A DNA stretch of 64,000 nt from the human T2T-CHM13v2.0 reference genome, Homo sapiens, in the NCBI RefSeq assembly GCF_009914755.1, contig NC_060938.1. The stretch is one strand, 5' to 3'. This document shows positions 13,071 to 26,939 of this stretch, one piece after another (position 1 is the first letter of the stretch; every line of letters begins with the position of its first letter). Under the pieces are notes generated by a model. That model was not told where the DNA came from. It saw nothing but the letters and a program-made list of their open reading frames with translations, and did no database searches. Both the position numbers and the translations under genes were made by a program.

Positions 13071-13486
13071 GCTTCAATTCTGGTGCAGATGCATTTGAGG
13101 ACCACTTCCTCTGCTGCCTGACTCAATGCAACATTCAGATCTTCCTTCCTCTCATGGAGAGTTCATAGGTTCAGAGGCATCAAATTCTTTTGTTAGGTGA
13201 CTTGTGCCTTTTATGTAGTCTGAGGAGATGTGCTGAAGACTGATTTCATGCCCACTTGTCACCAGCCTGATGTCTGTTACACCCTCAAAATTCTATGGCT
13301 TCACAGAAGTGAAGCTTGGGGGGCCTTGGAGACCATATAACCAAAGCTCTGTGCTGACCATACCTGCCTTTGTCTCTTTCATTCCAGCTTATTTGGGAGT
13401 GACTTGAAAAGTACCATGACTATAACCCTTCCCTGAAGTGTAGGGACCAGCCCCTCCCTTCCTCTCCTGCTTCCTCTCCCTCAGCA

Positions 13487-15295
13487 TTTTTTTAATGGGA
13501 GAATGTCTTAATTTTTCCTTTATTCTTGAGGGATAGTTTTGCTAGATATAAAATTATTGGTTAAGAGGGTTTTTTTTGTTTGTTTGTTTGGTTTTTTTTT
13601 TCAGGACTTTAAATATGTCATCCCACTGCCTTCTGGCCTCTTTGGTTTCTGATGAGAAATCAGCTGTTATCATATTGAGGTTTCTTTGTACACAATGAGT
13701 TGGTTCTCTCTTGTTGCTTTCAAAATTCCCTTTGTGACTTTGGGTTTCCACAATTTGAATATAATATGTCTTGATGTGAATCTTAGAATGTATCTTGTTC
13801 GGAATTAATTGAACTTTATGAGTGTGTAGATTCATATCTATCATCAGGTTTGGAACTATTTTGTTTTTGAGATGAGGGGTCTCATCTCAAAAAAAAAGTG
13901 AGATTGGGGCTTTTTTTTCTTTTTGAGTCTCACTCTGTCACCCAGACTGGAGTGCAGTGGCACAATCATAGCTCACTGCAACCTTGAACTCCTGGGTTCA
14001 AGCAATCCTCCTGCCTCAGTCTCCTGAGTAGCTGGGACTATATGCATATGCCACCACACTCAGCTCATTAAAAAAAAAATTTAGTAGAGATGAGGTCTTG
14101 CTATGTTGAGCAGGCTGGAGGTTTGGGAAGCTTTTAGCCACTATTTTCTCTCCATTCTCCTTCTGGGATTCCTATGATGCATATATTGGTACAATTGGTG
14201 GTGTTCCACAGGTTCCTCAGGCTCTGTTCGTTTGTCTTCATTTTGTTTTCTTTCTATTCCCCAGACTGGATCATATCAATGGCCTTATCTTAAAGTTATC
14301 TGATCCTTTATTCTTCTTGCTTAAATCTACTATTGAAGTCCTCCAGTGAATTTTTTATTTCAACTATTGTACTTTTCAACCAGAATTTCTGTTTGGTTCC
14401 TTTTTATAATGCCTATCTCTTTATTAATATTTTCATTTTGTCCATACATTCCTTTCCTAATTTCATTTAGTGCTTTGTTCATGGTTTTCTTCAGCTCATG
14501 GAACACATTTAATACAGCTGATTTAACATCTTTGCCTAGTTATGTCTGGTCTTCCTCAGAGATGGTTTCTGTTAAGTTTTTTTTTTTTCCTATGATTGGA
14601 TCATACTCTTCTGTTTCTTTGTAGGTTTGTTTTTTTTTTCCTTGAGAACTGGACATTCTGAGTATTATAATGTGGCAACTCTGGAAATCAGATTCTTCCC
14701 CTCTTCTAAGATTGCTGATTTTTGCTTCTTGAAGGCTAGTATTATCTGTTTGTGACTTTTCCAACTTATTTCTGCAAAGTACATATTCCTTGTTGTGTCT
14801 GGTCACTGAACTTTATGTTCTATTTTCTTTGCAGTCAACTAGTGACCTAACAAAGATTTTTCTAAATGATGGGGTAAAGGGTTCTATCTCTTTAAATCTT
14901 CCAATAGATGACACCAGGGAAGTCACTGATAACAAGAGACTGTACCAGTCTCTCAAGCCATGACCAAAGCAACCAAAATGTTCAACTTCAAACTTTTGGA
15001 GGAAAAGTCTCACTGCCCACCCTCTCACAGCCAGCTGTGCCAAGAATATAAGCTTCTATGCCCACAGGTGTAGTGGGGCTGAGAAATGGAGGAAAGTACT
15101 CGGTTTGCCCATGCTACTCACTTATGAAGGATCAGCAGCCTCTTCCTTTATCAAGAATTCTATTGGGTGTCATTAATGTCCTCAAGTTCCAGAGTTCCAG
15201 AAGAGTTTATTTCACTTACTCTTTTCAGCTTAATGTTTGCTTTGGGGGAGGGACTGGTCTATAGAGCTATTTGCACCATGATTTTGGGTGATTTC
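13487..15295 (-). mobile_element. Old L1M 5'UTR/ORF1 fragment, split by an AluJ
   Basis: The minus-strand ORF 13554..13844 reads ITADFSSETKEARRQWDDIFKVLK, matching the L1 ORF1p C-terminal region; flanking sequence is collinear L1 5' end. Confidence 0.85.
13859..14118 (-). mobile_element. 5'-truncated AluJ with a rearranged tail
   Basis: atcatagctcactgcaaccttgaactcctgggttcaagcaatcc and gtcttgctatgttg are AluJ features; TSD aggtttgg(g)aa on both sides. Confidence 0.9.
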
Positions 15296-15517
15296 AGGGT
15301 ATCACTTGGAAGAGCTTTCTGAGTTCCCCTATCTGGGAGGGAGGCATCTGGGGCTTGGTAGAATGTCAGTGGTAAGTTCAGGTCTCAAAGAATAGAAGCA
15401 GGGATTTGACCACTTAGGATTGGCTCCAGGCTTGGATTCAGAGTGAGAGGGAGGGGTGAATTGGGGCCCTCTTTAATGCTACTCAGCTTACCACCTTTGG
15501 GTAGGGTGAAGTAGCAA

Positions 15518-15727
15518 CTGACATCTACTGAGTGCCTGACATTTTTTCATTAAAGCTTCACCAGTCTTGAATACGAAATTTTACTGTCCTCATTTCATAA
15601 ATGAAATGACAGAGGCTCAGAGAGGTGATATAATATTTCCCATACCATATAGCTGGTAATGGTGGGGGCAGGATTTGAACCTAGGTCTGTGCGAGTCCAC
15701 AGCTTAACCCCTCTCAGCCTATCATGC
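15518..15727 (-). mobile_element. MIR
   Basis: gaggctcagagaggtg...ggcaggatttgaacctaggtctgt. Confidence 0.78.
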
Positions 15728-16945
15728 TTTGGATGGGGAGTCCGTGTAGTAGCCCTGCCTAGAAATAAAAATGTAGTATTTGATTAGACCTTCACCTGGG
15801 CTGTACCTCTCGGAGGCTAAGTCAACTGGACCTCAGTTTTTCCATCTCTACAGTGGGAGCTCAAGGTGGTTTATCTCTGAGATTCTATGGAATTCAAAGA
15901 AAACAGGGACCCAAAACAGGCCTGTAAAGCCCAAGTTAAGAGCTTCCCAGGACTCAGAGAGAGGGGCTGGGTCCAGCCTGGCTGCGGCAGGGCATATTCC
16001 CTCCACAGAGGACCAGTCCTTCTCAGCAGCACCAGGCTGGCCCTTTGTCTGCTGAGGTGCCAGTTGGCTGAAGAAGCTGCTAATCTCTGCTTAGCATCCT
16101 GGCAGGATAGGGGGCTAGAGAGCCAGGGTTGGAAGGAGCTGCATCTTCCTTCAAGGAGGCCTTCATTACACCCACACCTTGGGCACTGCAAGGTGATCTC
16201 TCTGTCTTGTTCCAAACATGGCCAAAGACTGGCCTTGGCTGAACATGGCTTATCTTCAGAGAACACTCTATGCTCAGCTGAAATTAGAACCATTTTTTAC
16301 TTTGACACTGTCAACCCCTCAACTTTTTGCTTCCTACCTGCATGTTGGCTGCTAGCCTATGCTTGCTGACATAGCAGATCCTACTCTTCAGACCAGGGCC
16401 ATTTGCTGTGGGGAGTTAGCCTTTCCATGGAGTTGCATTTCCTGCCTCTCACCCAGGTAAAATCCCTCCTAGTGGCCTTGCCCCACGGGAAAAAAGCAAG
16501 AGTGGTCCTTCCTCATCATAACTAACACCAGGCACCAGTTGGATGCTCGAGGCAGGTAAACTCCATCCTGATCCGCACTCAACACTTCCCTGCCTTCATT
16601 CAGGTTGTTCTTCCTCCTCTTTCATGTTATGCAATCAAAGAGCAGGGAGCTACATTTTCTCCTTCTCTTGGCTTCTCTGCAAACTGAGTTGAAACCAGCA
16701 GATACACAAGGGTCCTTGCTGTGTGTCAGGCATCAAAGCACCAAGATGAAAGAGGTGGTCCCTGGCCTCAGGAACTCATAATAAATGTCAACCGATTGGC
16801 TGAGGCCAGAAGAGCTCCGAAGACCCAAAATCAGAGAGGTTATGGAAAGGTCCTCCATTTTTCAAACCAATGAGGGATGGAACTTTCCCTTATTGGAAAT
16901 GAACCAGGAATGATCCAGGGATAAGGCATGCAGCCTAGATGCTGC

Positions 16946-16982
16946 TGTCTGTGGTGTCAGAGAAACAGAACTAATAGTTTCG

Positions 16983-17073
<91 letters not shown>

Positions 17074-17460
17074 TGACTTATATAGCAATTGACTAACATG
17101 ATTACAGAGGCTGACAAGTCCCAAGATCTGCACTCTGCAAGGTGGAGACCTGGGAGAGCCGATGAGTAGTTCCAGTCCTAAAGCAGGCAAACTCAAGACC
17201 CCAAAAGGGCTGATGTTTCAGTTCAAGTCAGAAGCAGGAAAAACCTGACATCCCAGCTTAAAGGCGGGAAGGCAAAAGAAGCTCCTTCTGACTCAGTCTT
17301 TTTGTTCCATTCAGGAGGGCAATCTGCTTTACTCAGTTTACCAACTCAAATGTTAATCTCATCCAGAAACACCCTCACAGACACACCAAGTGTAATGTTT
17401 GACCAAATGTCTGGGTGCCCTGTGGCCCAGCCAAGTTGACACATAAAATTCGCCATCACA
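16946..17460 (-). mobile_element. ERVL solo LTR, MLT2B-like
   Basis: cagagaaacagaactaatag...gaggctgacaagtcccaagatctgca...aagttgacacataaaattcgccatcaca. Confidence 0.9.
16983..17069. repeat. Compound microsatellite (CT)9(GT)13-cagaa-(AG)~18
   Basis: Read directly; lies in the simple-repeat-prone segment of the MLT2 LTR. Confidence 0.97.
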
Positions 17461-17534
17461 GGGAGAATCTTCCACTGGTTTCTGTGTGCTGAGTCTCACC
17501 ATCCGACAGAGTGATGCATCATTTGATGGGGAGA

Positions 17535-17793
17535 ATGTAGCAGAGACATTAATGGTGCGGACTCTGAGCCACTCTCAGCATTTGTGCCCTAGATTTATCA
17601 CTTTCTCTCTGTGTGAAGTTGGTCACTTTGTTTAACCTTCTGTGTCTAAGTTATCCCACCAGCAAGATGCAGCTATTAATAGAAACCATGTTGTGGTGTT
17701 GTAACAGAAGAGAGTAACTCTGCAAAGCACTTAGCACAGTGTCTCGTGGATAATACCTGCTCAAGACTTGTGAGTTATTGTCATTGTTGTTAT
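17535..17793 (+). mobile_element. MIR, near full length
   Basis: gcggactctgagcc...tttaaccttctgtgtctaagtt...aaagcacttagcacagtgtc. Confidence 0.8.
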
Positions 17794-19101
17794 TACAGAC
17801 TTTTTGCCTCTTCCTCCAGAGTGTGTGCTAACTCAGCACAGAGAAAAGTACATGGGGTTTGGACCCAGAAAGGCCAAGTCTGACTCCATCCCGCACATCT
17901 AGAGCAAATAGCCAAGGTTCTCTGTGCCTGGCACTCCCTGTGTGTAAGTAGGGAGGATGTGACTTCAATAGATTGCTTCAAGGGTTAGAGAAAGCGTCCA
18001 TAGAGCATCCAGCCCACCTGAGCTACTCAACAGTAGCTGGTTTCCACCCCCAATGGCAGAGACTGCATCTGTCTTTCATTGGCATCCCCAGTGAGCACCA
18101 TACTCATAGTAAGGGCTCATAAGAGGTTGTTTGAATGCAGTGGCTTTGCCTGATGAGAAAACATGGCCCTATCTATTCCCAGACACCCTTTCTAGAGATC
18201 AGGTCCAACAGGTGCTCAGTATCATGTTTTCTCCACACAGTCTTCTAAGAGGACATTGTGTCCCAGGTACTTGTGAAACTCATGCTGCTGCCAGGTCTAA
18301 GCGAGCTAATGGAAGGCAAAAGAGATGGCTGGTGGGAGAAGAGCAAGGCTGTTTCCCAACTCTGGGACAACGGGAAGTGAATAGAAAATAGAGAATCAAT
18401 TGCACTTGGGAGTGATTCAGAATAAATTGCCACTGTGTCCCCTGAGCCATCACCCCACTGACCAATGGTCTTCCTTATGTCAATTTAGTGTTTTCCATTT
18501 GTAAAGTACCTGGACATCACCACATCCCTGAAGACAGGCTGGGCAGGGGCAATTATTCTCATTTTTCAGAAGAGGAAACTGAAGCTGAGTAGAGGAATTT
18601 GCCCAGGGTCACACAGCTCTCCTCTTTCTCAGGTTCGTGTTTTTCTCCATGGAGACAAACTAGAGTCTTTTCAGAGTATCCTTGGTGGCTGGCCAGGCAG
18701 AAAGCACAGCCCCACAGGTATGTCTCAGGCTGGCAAACATCCCTGAGTGGCTGGAGATGAAGGATTTCTTCAACAGTAAATTGAGTCTATGTTATTGTAA
18801 CAAGAGTTGTGCTTCTGACTCCCAAGGCAGCCCAAATGGTCAATCAGGACATAGGTCTTTCTCTCCAGCCCTTGTCAGTGGGTGCCAAAGTCTCTTTCTT
18901 CTCTTCTTCTTCTCATCCTTCCCCTGCTCCTTGTCCTTCTTCTTTATCTGCTCCTTCTTTTCCTTCTTTTTCCATAATCTCTTTTCTTGACCAGATTGCA
19001 ACATGCAGCTTCACACTTTAATGGTCTGGCCTTGGGATAAAGTCATCAATATTCCAAGAAACCATTTCAGGGATTTTTTTCTTTCTTAGTCTCTTTTTAA
19101 G

Positions 19102-19262
19102 TCAGGTGTTTTTAACCTGATGCCATGGACAGTGATTGACTCTGAAAAACAGAGAATATTTGAATTGATGTTAAATTTTTGTGTCTTTTTTATGTGAATT
19201 GGGGATGGAGGACATAGCATTCATCAAATTCTCAAAATGGCATAAACATAGAAAGGGTCTTT
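19102..19262. mobile_element. MER103C-like hAT MITE
   Basis: caggtgtttttaacctgatgccatggac...ggacatagcattcatcaaattctcaaaa. Confidence 0.55.
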
Positions 19263-19288
19263 ATTAAGGGCCTATTGACTCAGACTTA

Positions 19289-19835
<547 letters not shown>

Positions 19836-20212
19836 TTATTCTTGCAGAAATATCACATATCTGGAGTAGAAACATGGAAGAAGTTTATTTTCCTTTTCTA
19901 GAGAGCTTCCCATCAAAAGAAATGGAAAAAAATGAAGCTTTGGGAATTTAGTTGGACAAAAGAAAGAACTTCTTGGATTCAATGCAATTACAGTGTAATT
20001 TGGCCAAGAATCTATCTTTGGATTGAGCTGATGGCTAGGAAACTTAGAAGTTATTAGTCACCCTGGAGTTCAGTACACAGGCTGATGCCTATTGGAATCC
20101 TTTTCCCATCATCATATCCCAGTCCTGTCCACACAAAGAATCATGATAAGTACGATCATTAGGTGATACCAACATATGGGGCTGTTGGGTTTAATTACGA
20201 GAAATCCCATGT

Positions 20213-20420
20213 TCTAGTGGAAAGAGATCAGGCTTTGAAGTCATAAAGTCTTGGGTTCACTTCTTGGCTGCACTGCTCATCAGCTGCATGATTTGAGGCA
20301 ACTTTCTTCATTCTGTAATTTTCTCATTCCTTGAGCATAAAGTGAGGATGAAGACTCTTGCCTTACCATTTGGTTATGATGATTAAATGAGATAATGTAC
20401 AATAAAGAGCTCAGCCTGGG
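20213..20420 (+). mobile_element. MIR
   Basis: tagtggaaagagatcaggctttgaagtca...gatgattaaatgagataatgtac. Confidence 0.72.
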
Positions 20421-20820
20421 ACCCGATGTGTTAATTCCCTTTTTCCCACTGAAAACGTGTTTATCTAAAGGTCCAGCTCCAGGGAACCCAGGCTGCTCAG
20501 AACAGGAATCTCCAAGCAAGAAGGGAGAGTCCAAGAATAAACAAAAAAGTTGTGACAAAACTCAAGCACTGAGCCCTACTCAGCCCTACTGGTTTCCATT
20601 TTACCCATATGCCCAGCTACTTCATGATTTAGTTTTCTAGCTTCTAGTTGATTAGAAATTGAATTAGAATTGGGTTAATATTCAGCTCTCTTTCATCTTT
20701 GGAAAAAAAAAGAATTGGGTTCATAAAAGGAGAAACTATTATATTCATACATAAGATTACCAAGAAAAGATTTTGAAAAAATATAAAAAAGTAAACCCTA
20801 GATATGACCAGCAAGGGCAG

Positions 20821-21297
20821 TATGTTAGCCCAGGACTGCTGTAACAAAGTGCTATACAACGAGTGGTTTAACCAACAGAAATTTATTCTCACAGTCCTGG
20901 AGGCTACAAGTTGGAAATTATGGGATAGGCAGGATTGGTTCCTTCTGAGGGCTGTGAGGGAGAATCAGTTCATGCCCCTCTCCCACTTTTAGGGTGATTT
21001 GCTGTCAGTCTTTCAAGCCATAGTAGGTGTTTCTTGGCTTATGGATGCATCACCCTGATTTCTGCCTTCATCTCCACCTGGCATTCTCCCTGTGTTTGTG
21101 TGTCTGTCTCCAAGCTTCCCCTTTTTATAAGGACACCAGTCATATTGGATTAGGGTCTCTCTCTACTCCAGTATGACTTAATATTAACTCATTATATCTG
21201 CAAAGACCCTATTCCCAAATAAGGTCACATTCTGAGATACTGAAGGTTAGGACTTCAACATACGAATAGGTAGGGTGATGCAATTTAATCTATACTA
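20821..21297 (-). mobile_element. ERVL-MaLR solo LTR MLT1C
   Basis: Collinear antisense match (ggttccttctgagggctgtgagggagaatc; ataaggacaccagtcatattggattaggg); TSD ggcag/ggtag. Confidence 0.92.
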
Positions 21298-21914
21298 GGT
21301 AGAAATCTGGGATTATTTAGTTTAGGGGCAAGCAATATCTACTTTCTGAAAGAAAGACTATATTTTGCCCCATACTCAGAATGATGATCCCTGGGTCATT
21401 AAGAAGACACTTAAATTTTGTTCAGCATCTTATCATTTTAGAAAGATCTCTGTAAAAAATGACTAATGTGGAAGACGCATGGGGCTCGATGCTCACTGAT
21501 GCAAACTCACTGCTCACCAGGCACAAATGCAGGGTACAAGCTGCCTTTCCAGAGGATTCCCAAAGCAGGCAGCTGAGCACCCACAACAGCATGAGATCAG
21601 TTTTGTGGTTTTCACCTCAAGCTTTAGGACCACAGGGTCTCTGCTGAGCTGACTTGCAGGAACTTGGACTAGAAGCAGAATGACTTCTTCTGCTAGGTAC
21701 AGGTCACCTGAACTAACCAGGGATGTGGACCAGGCTCTGAGCAGATGCTCAAAGGAGGATTCCATGAGATCACTGGCTTTCAGGAATCACTCCTCCCTAG
21801 GGAGTGTGTTAACATCTCTGGCTATGAAATATATATACTATGCAGCAAGGCATAAAACAAATGGCACCTACTGTCTGCACCTCCAGACTGAGTATTTATA
21901 TACGCATCGGAGGC

Positions 21915-22115
21915 AGTCTGAAGTAGCCTAAAGAGAATCAGAAAACCTAGGTCTGAGGCCCAGCTCACTAACTTCCTAGCAGAGCAAGTTTGGCGAGTGC
22001 CTTACCCTCTCTAAACATCAGTTTCTAAATCTGCAAAATAGTGATGACTTCCACACAGGGTGATGTAAATATCGCACGGGGCAATGGGTGAGAAAGTACC
22101 TGGAACGCTTTAGGG
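21915..22115 (+). mobile_element. MIR
   Basis: aatcagaaaacctaggtctgaggcccagctc...cagtttctaaatctgcaaaatag. Confidence 0.7.
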
Positions 22116-22582
22116 TGTGCCATAGGTGCACTGAGTCATGCTGGTCTCCACCCAACTCCTCTCGGGGGCTGTGTTCTCATTTCCCAGATGCGGTAGGTGT
22201 TGGCTGCCAGCAGCTCATGCTTGCATCCTTTTGGAGGGTGGCCTTTGGTTGATGGGAGCTACTTTGCCCAGAGATGCCTGGGATGTATAGCCAAACCCCC
22301 AGGAGTGACCTGTGGCCAGTGGCAGATTGATATGGGGTGTAACCACCCAGCCCTCCTGCCTCTGCCAAGACAACTTCTGTGGTTTATCTGAAGCTCCAGA
22401 GCTCCCCATGGCGTCAGGAGGCCAGACTCCCACTAAACCACACATTTGCCTAGCTTGTCCCCTTCCCATGTTTCACATTTCTGACTCCTTCACAGGTTTC
22501 TCCTGAGAACACTTCCTCTTTAAATTGCTCACACAAGAATCTCTATCTTAGGCTCCATTTCTAGGGAACCTGACCTAAGCCA
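22116..22582 (+). mobile_element. ERVL solo LTR, LTR16 family
   Basis: gtgttggctgccagcagctca, agctccagagctccccatgg, and 3' end ctagggaacctgacctaagcca. Confidence 0.8.
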
Positions 22583-23494
22583 GGAGGCCATGCAAGAATC
22601 ACTGGTTGGTCTTTCCATCTTGCAGTGTTTCCTCTTTCAGAGGTGACACTAACTAATCTGACTCTAAGATCTTTGCACAGTTCTTTACTCTGTCCTGAAT
22701 GTTCTTCCCCCAGATCATCAGCCGGCTGACTCCTTGTCAGTCAGATCTCTGTTTAAATGTCACCAGCATAGAGAAGCCCTCCCTAACTGTGCGATGTAAA
22801 TGGCCATTTACATTCCCCATGTAGCCCTTGGCATACTCTGCTTCTTGCGATCTCTTTGTTTATTATCTCATCCCTCTTCCTTCCCCTGTGGTAAGCGAGT
22901 CTCGCTTTTCGTCTCTGCGATAGCACATTTGGGCTGAACAGTCTCTGAGGGTCCTTCCTGCTTTGGCATTCCACTTTCTATGGGCTGGGATCAAACGCAA
23001 AGCATTAACATTCCATTAGCAACAGCAGGCAAGTGATAGCGTGAGAGTTCCACGGCTGCCTCCTGCGTGACCCAGTGCAGACTCCTTCCCTCCCTGAGTC
23101 GGTTTCCTCACCTGCTGCACAGAGGTAGGATAAGATGACCTCCAGCTGCAGTCCTATAATTCTGATGACATGTAATGTCTATTGTTTCTGGAACCTGGGG
23201 ACACACTACTGCAGGACTGCTTGTGTTGAACCTTCTTTGTTTTCTGTGCTTTCTTAAAACAGTTATAGTCAGCTGATGTGAAGACTTGCAAATGCTTTTT
23301 TATTATTTTGGGGAGTATGCCTGGCTTCATCTTAATACCATTAGGCCTGTGTCCCTCAAACCTCATCCTTTCCAATCACAGATGCTGAAAAGAAACCTGT
23401 TTCTCCCTGTCATCCATAGGTGCATGGGAAAATGAGACATAGTCCCTACACCAAGGTGCTCAGTCTCTCAAGTGACTGTAATTATAGCACATTG

Positions 23495-23995
23495 CATTCA
23501 TTCATTCTTTCCTGCATTAATTCGTACATTTATTCAACAAATACCTAGTGAATGACTATTATCTAGGCTCTGAGGACTCAACAGTGAACAAGATAAACTG
23601 CCTATGCTCATGGAGCTTGCGTTCTTGTGTTACCTGCCATCAAAAAGTATTTCAGGGTCCTTCCTCTCAAGCACTGAAGAGAAGGCAACCACCTCTCTCT
23701 GCTTGGATAGACTTGGAAGCCTCTTTGGAGGAGAGAACATTTGGGCTGGGTTTTGAAGAATAAAGAAGTTTTCCAGACAAAGAAGGGGTTCATGAAGGCA
23801 TTGCTGTGGCTGAGCTGGAAGGACAGTAGCAGGGAGACTAGGGGAGGAGGCCAGAGAGGTGGACCAGGCAGAGCTGGATTGTGAATCATCCCAGATAGTT
23901 GCACTTTATCCTGAAGATAATGAGGAGTCACTAAAGGTTCTTGCGAATGGGAAAGATATGGTTTGAGAAGTGTCTTGACACTCAGGCAGCGTGGC
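23495..23995 (-). mobile_element. L2 fragment
   Basis: cattcattcattc...attcaacaaatacctagtgaatg...cagtgaacaagata...catggagcttgcgttct. Confidence 0.75.
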
Positions 23996-23999
23996 GGAG

Positions 24000-24450
24000 A
24001 GTATTCATTTCCTGCAACAGCTGTAACCAATCACCACAGACTGGGTGACTTAAGACAACAGAAGTTTATTTTCTCACAATCCTGGAAGCTGGAAGTCTGA
24101 AATCAAGGTGTCCGGCAGGGTTGGCTCCCTCTGGAAGGATCGGAAGGAGAGTCGGCTCCATGTGTCTCTCTCAGTTCCTGGCAGTTACTGGCAAAGCTTG
24201 GCATTCCTTGGCTTGCAGTTGTAGCACTCCTATCTCTGCTTCACGTGGTCCTCTCCAGCGTGTCTCTGCCCTCACACGGCCTTCCACTCTCTCTGTTTCT
24301 TCTCTTCTTATATGGACACTGGTCATATTGAATGAAGGGCCCGCCCCATTCCAACATGACCTCATCTTAACTAATTACATCAGCAATGACCCTATTCCCA
24401 AATAAAGTCTCACTCTGAGGTACTGGGGTTAGCACTTCAACACATCTTTT
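24000..24450 (-). mobile_element. MLT1C-like solo LTR, 5' end truncated
   Basis: gtattcatttcctg...gaagtctgaaatcaaggtgtccggcaggg...gaccctattcccaaataaagtctcactctgaggtactgggg. Confidence 0.9.
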
Positions 24451-25394
24451 ATGAGCACGCGGTCAGCAGGAATGGGGCCACAGAGCCAGGGGGGCCAGCA
24501 TGAGGTGGACACTCTGCCTGTAACAGCACCTGTGTCACCAGGTGAGGGACTTGTGGGGAGATCTGGGTTTGGGGTATTTCCATAGCCCTCTATGTGGGAT
24601 TGAAAACCATCAGTTGTCCATAACAAAGAATGGGGCAAATAATTGATAAGGCTATGGGAGACTAAATCCCATCCTCCAGTCACTCCTGAAGCAGTCACTG
24701 CCTTCTCTGTGGATGGTTCCTCCTCTCTGATAATGCACGTCACCACTGGGAGCAACTTGAAGAGCCTCTCTGTACTTTTACATTCTAAATTATGTACATG
24801 ACCCATGCCTGGGACAGCCATGGCCAGTACCCAGCCACTTAGCACCCAGAGGTGCCGCAACTCCAGCCCACACCTCTAAGCAGGGCCCCCAGCAGAAGTT
24901 GTGCAGACTGCAACCCTGTGTGCAGCTTGAAGACCTGGGGTTTCTTCTGGAGCCCTCTCTCTGCTGTGGTGGATGTGGAATCTCTGCCCTCCCCACACTC
25001 CTAAGCCTCCAGTGATATCTCCTGAGGTGTGGGCTGGGCAACAGAGCCTGTTTGGAATGTTGTTAGGATTTTTTACTGCTAGTATCAGAGGAGCTATTGT
25101 AGATTCTTCTCGTATTTCACCTGACCCAAATTGGGGGTGGGGAAGTGGGGAACTTCCCCTTCTCTGAATTCCCACAGCTCTTGATTCTCATGTTGATTCT
25201 TGTATTCATTCATTCATGCACTCATTCATTTGATACCTTCAGCAAATATTTAATGAGCACCTATTCAGTGCCAGGCTATAAACAAAATAGAGCAAAAGCC
25301 CTGTCTCACAGAGCTAATATTTGACAATTATGCGATGAGTATCTTTCATGTGCCAGGCACAAGGAAGACACCTGCTCTTCCTTTTGCCAAGTAG

Positions 25395-25660
25395 CATTTC
25401 AGTGATTAAAAGCTTGGGCTGTGGAATTCAAGAGCCAGGTTTCAAATACACAATCAGTTACTTATAAGCGAGGTGAGCTGTGGCCATATGTTATAATATC
25501 TCAGAGCCTCTGTTTCTCTCTATGAACTGAGGACAATAATATCTTCCCCTGGACAGTTATAAGATCAAGTGAAATGATACATGAAATGTGCACCATAGAG
25601 TCATGAGTGTATAAAAAATGTTCAATGAACATTCACTGTTATTATAATTGATACCATTAT
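25395..25660 (+). mobile_element. MIR
   Basis: cagtgattaaaagcttgggctgtggaattc...ctcagagcctctgtttctc...aagatcaagtgaaatgatacatg. Confidence 0.72.
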
Positions 25661-26487
25661 TAGTAAATATTACAGTTACAAGAGAATGTGGGTTCTCTCT
25701 CTTCACCTGGTTGTATGTGCACATCAGCTCATGTTCAGAGTTGAGAGCTTGCAACAAAAACATGGGTAAAATAATACTAAAAACAACTCAAACGAGAAAC
25801 AGAAGAAAAGGGACAGATTAAAAAACAAAACAAAACAAAACAAAACCCTGAGAAACCACAAAAAGCACAGGAGGGAAGAGAGAAAAATGACTGAAAGGCT
25901 ATTTCTGTAGCTGATTTTCAAGTAGCCTGCCTTCTACCAGAGTAGAAAGAGTCTGGGCAAAGAGCAAGGCAGGCTCTGATGTTTGTAAAGGAAGCACAGG
26001 CTGTTAAGTGGGTAATAAATGCTTCTGACTTTGACATCAGAGTGGGATGCACCCCACAGGTCTTTTTACAAGAGACATATAGGATGATGCTCTTCAAAAC
26101 ATTTGCACCAAAAAACTGCAGGGCTGCTCTTGTTGGAAGTCTGAGGGAACCTATTTAATCGCCCCTCTCCCCTCTGAGTGTGTAACCGATTGAGAATGTA
26201 CACAAGGAGCCAGGCGAGGCTCAGTATCAGTGTTGTTATTGATGATGCTGTATTGACAAGCTTCCCCAAACTGCACTCACCATAACAGAAAGTCTGGAGC
26301 AAGGCAGGCTTCCCCTCTCAGGGAGTGCTGGCTGGGGGGTCATCCTAGAGGCAGCCTGGGCCTCACAGAATCCACAGTAGGAACATTGGCAGAACTTCAG
26401 CAGGTGTGGCCAGAGAGCCATCTCTTTCAGGTCTCTCACTCGCCAAGGGTCTAAAATTCATACCTTCAGTGTTATCTCCGAACAAGT

Positions 26488-26874
26488 TATAATAGTTTGC
26501 TAGGGCAGCCATAACAAAGTAACACAGATTGCCTGGCTTAAACAACAGAGATTTATTTACTCACAATCCTGGAGGATGGGAGTCCCAGATCAGGGTGTTG
26601 GCAGGGGTTCTTCCCAGGCTTCACCCTTTGGCTTGCAGATGGCTGTCTTTCCCTGTTGTCCTCACGTGGTCTTCTCTCTGCGAATGTCTGTGTCCTAATC
26701 TTCTTTTCTTACAAGGACACCAGTTATATTGGATTAGGGCCTACTCTAATGACCTCATTGTAACTTGATTGCCTCTTTAAAGGCTCTATCTCCAAATACA
26801 GTCACATTCTGAGGTACTAGGAGCTAGCACTTCAACATATGAATTTTGGAAGAGACATAATTCAGCCCAGAACA
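26488..26874 (-). mobile_element. ERVL-MaLR solo LTR MLT1B
   Basis: tagtttgctagggcagccataacaaag...ctatctccaaatacagtcacattctgaggtactag; TSD caagt/caagg. Confidence 0.92.
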
Positions 26875-26939
26875 CAAGGTTAGGCAGACAGTCAGGGAAA
26901 TATTCCTGGAGAATATAAAAATGTTCATCATGCAGCATT

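Noticed and set aside
15887-16369. 160-aa ORF overlapped by a 140-aa antisense ORF
   Set aside because: No domain similarity that I recognise and no supporting gene structure.
25131-25152. G-quadruplex candidate gggggtggggaagtgggg
   Set aside because: Only three G-tracts are present.
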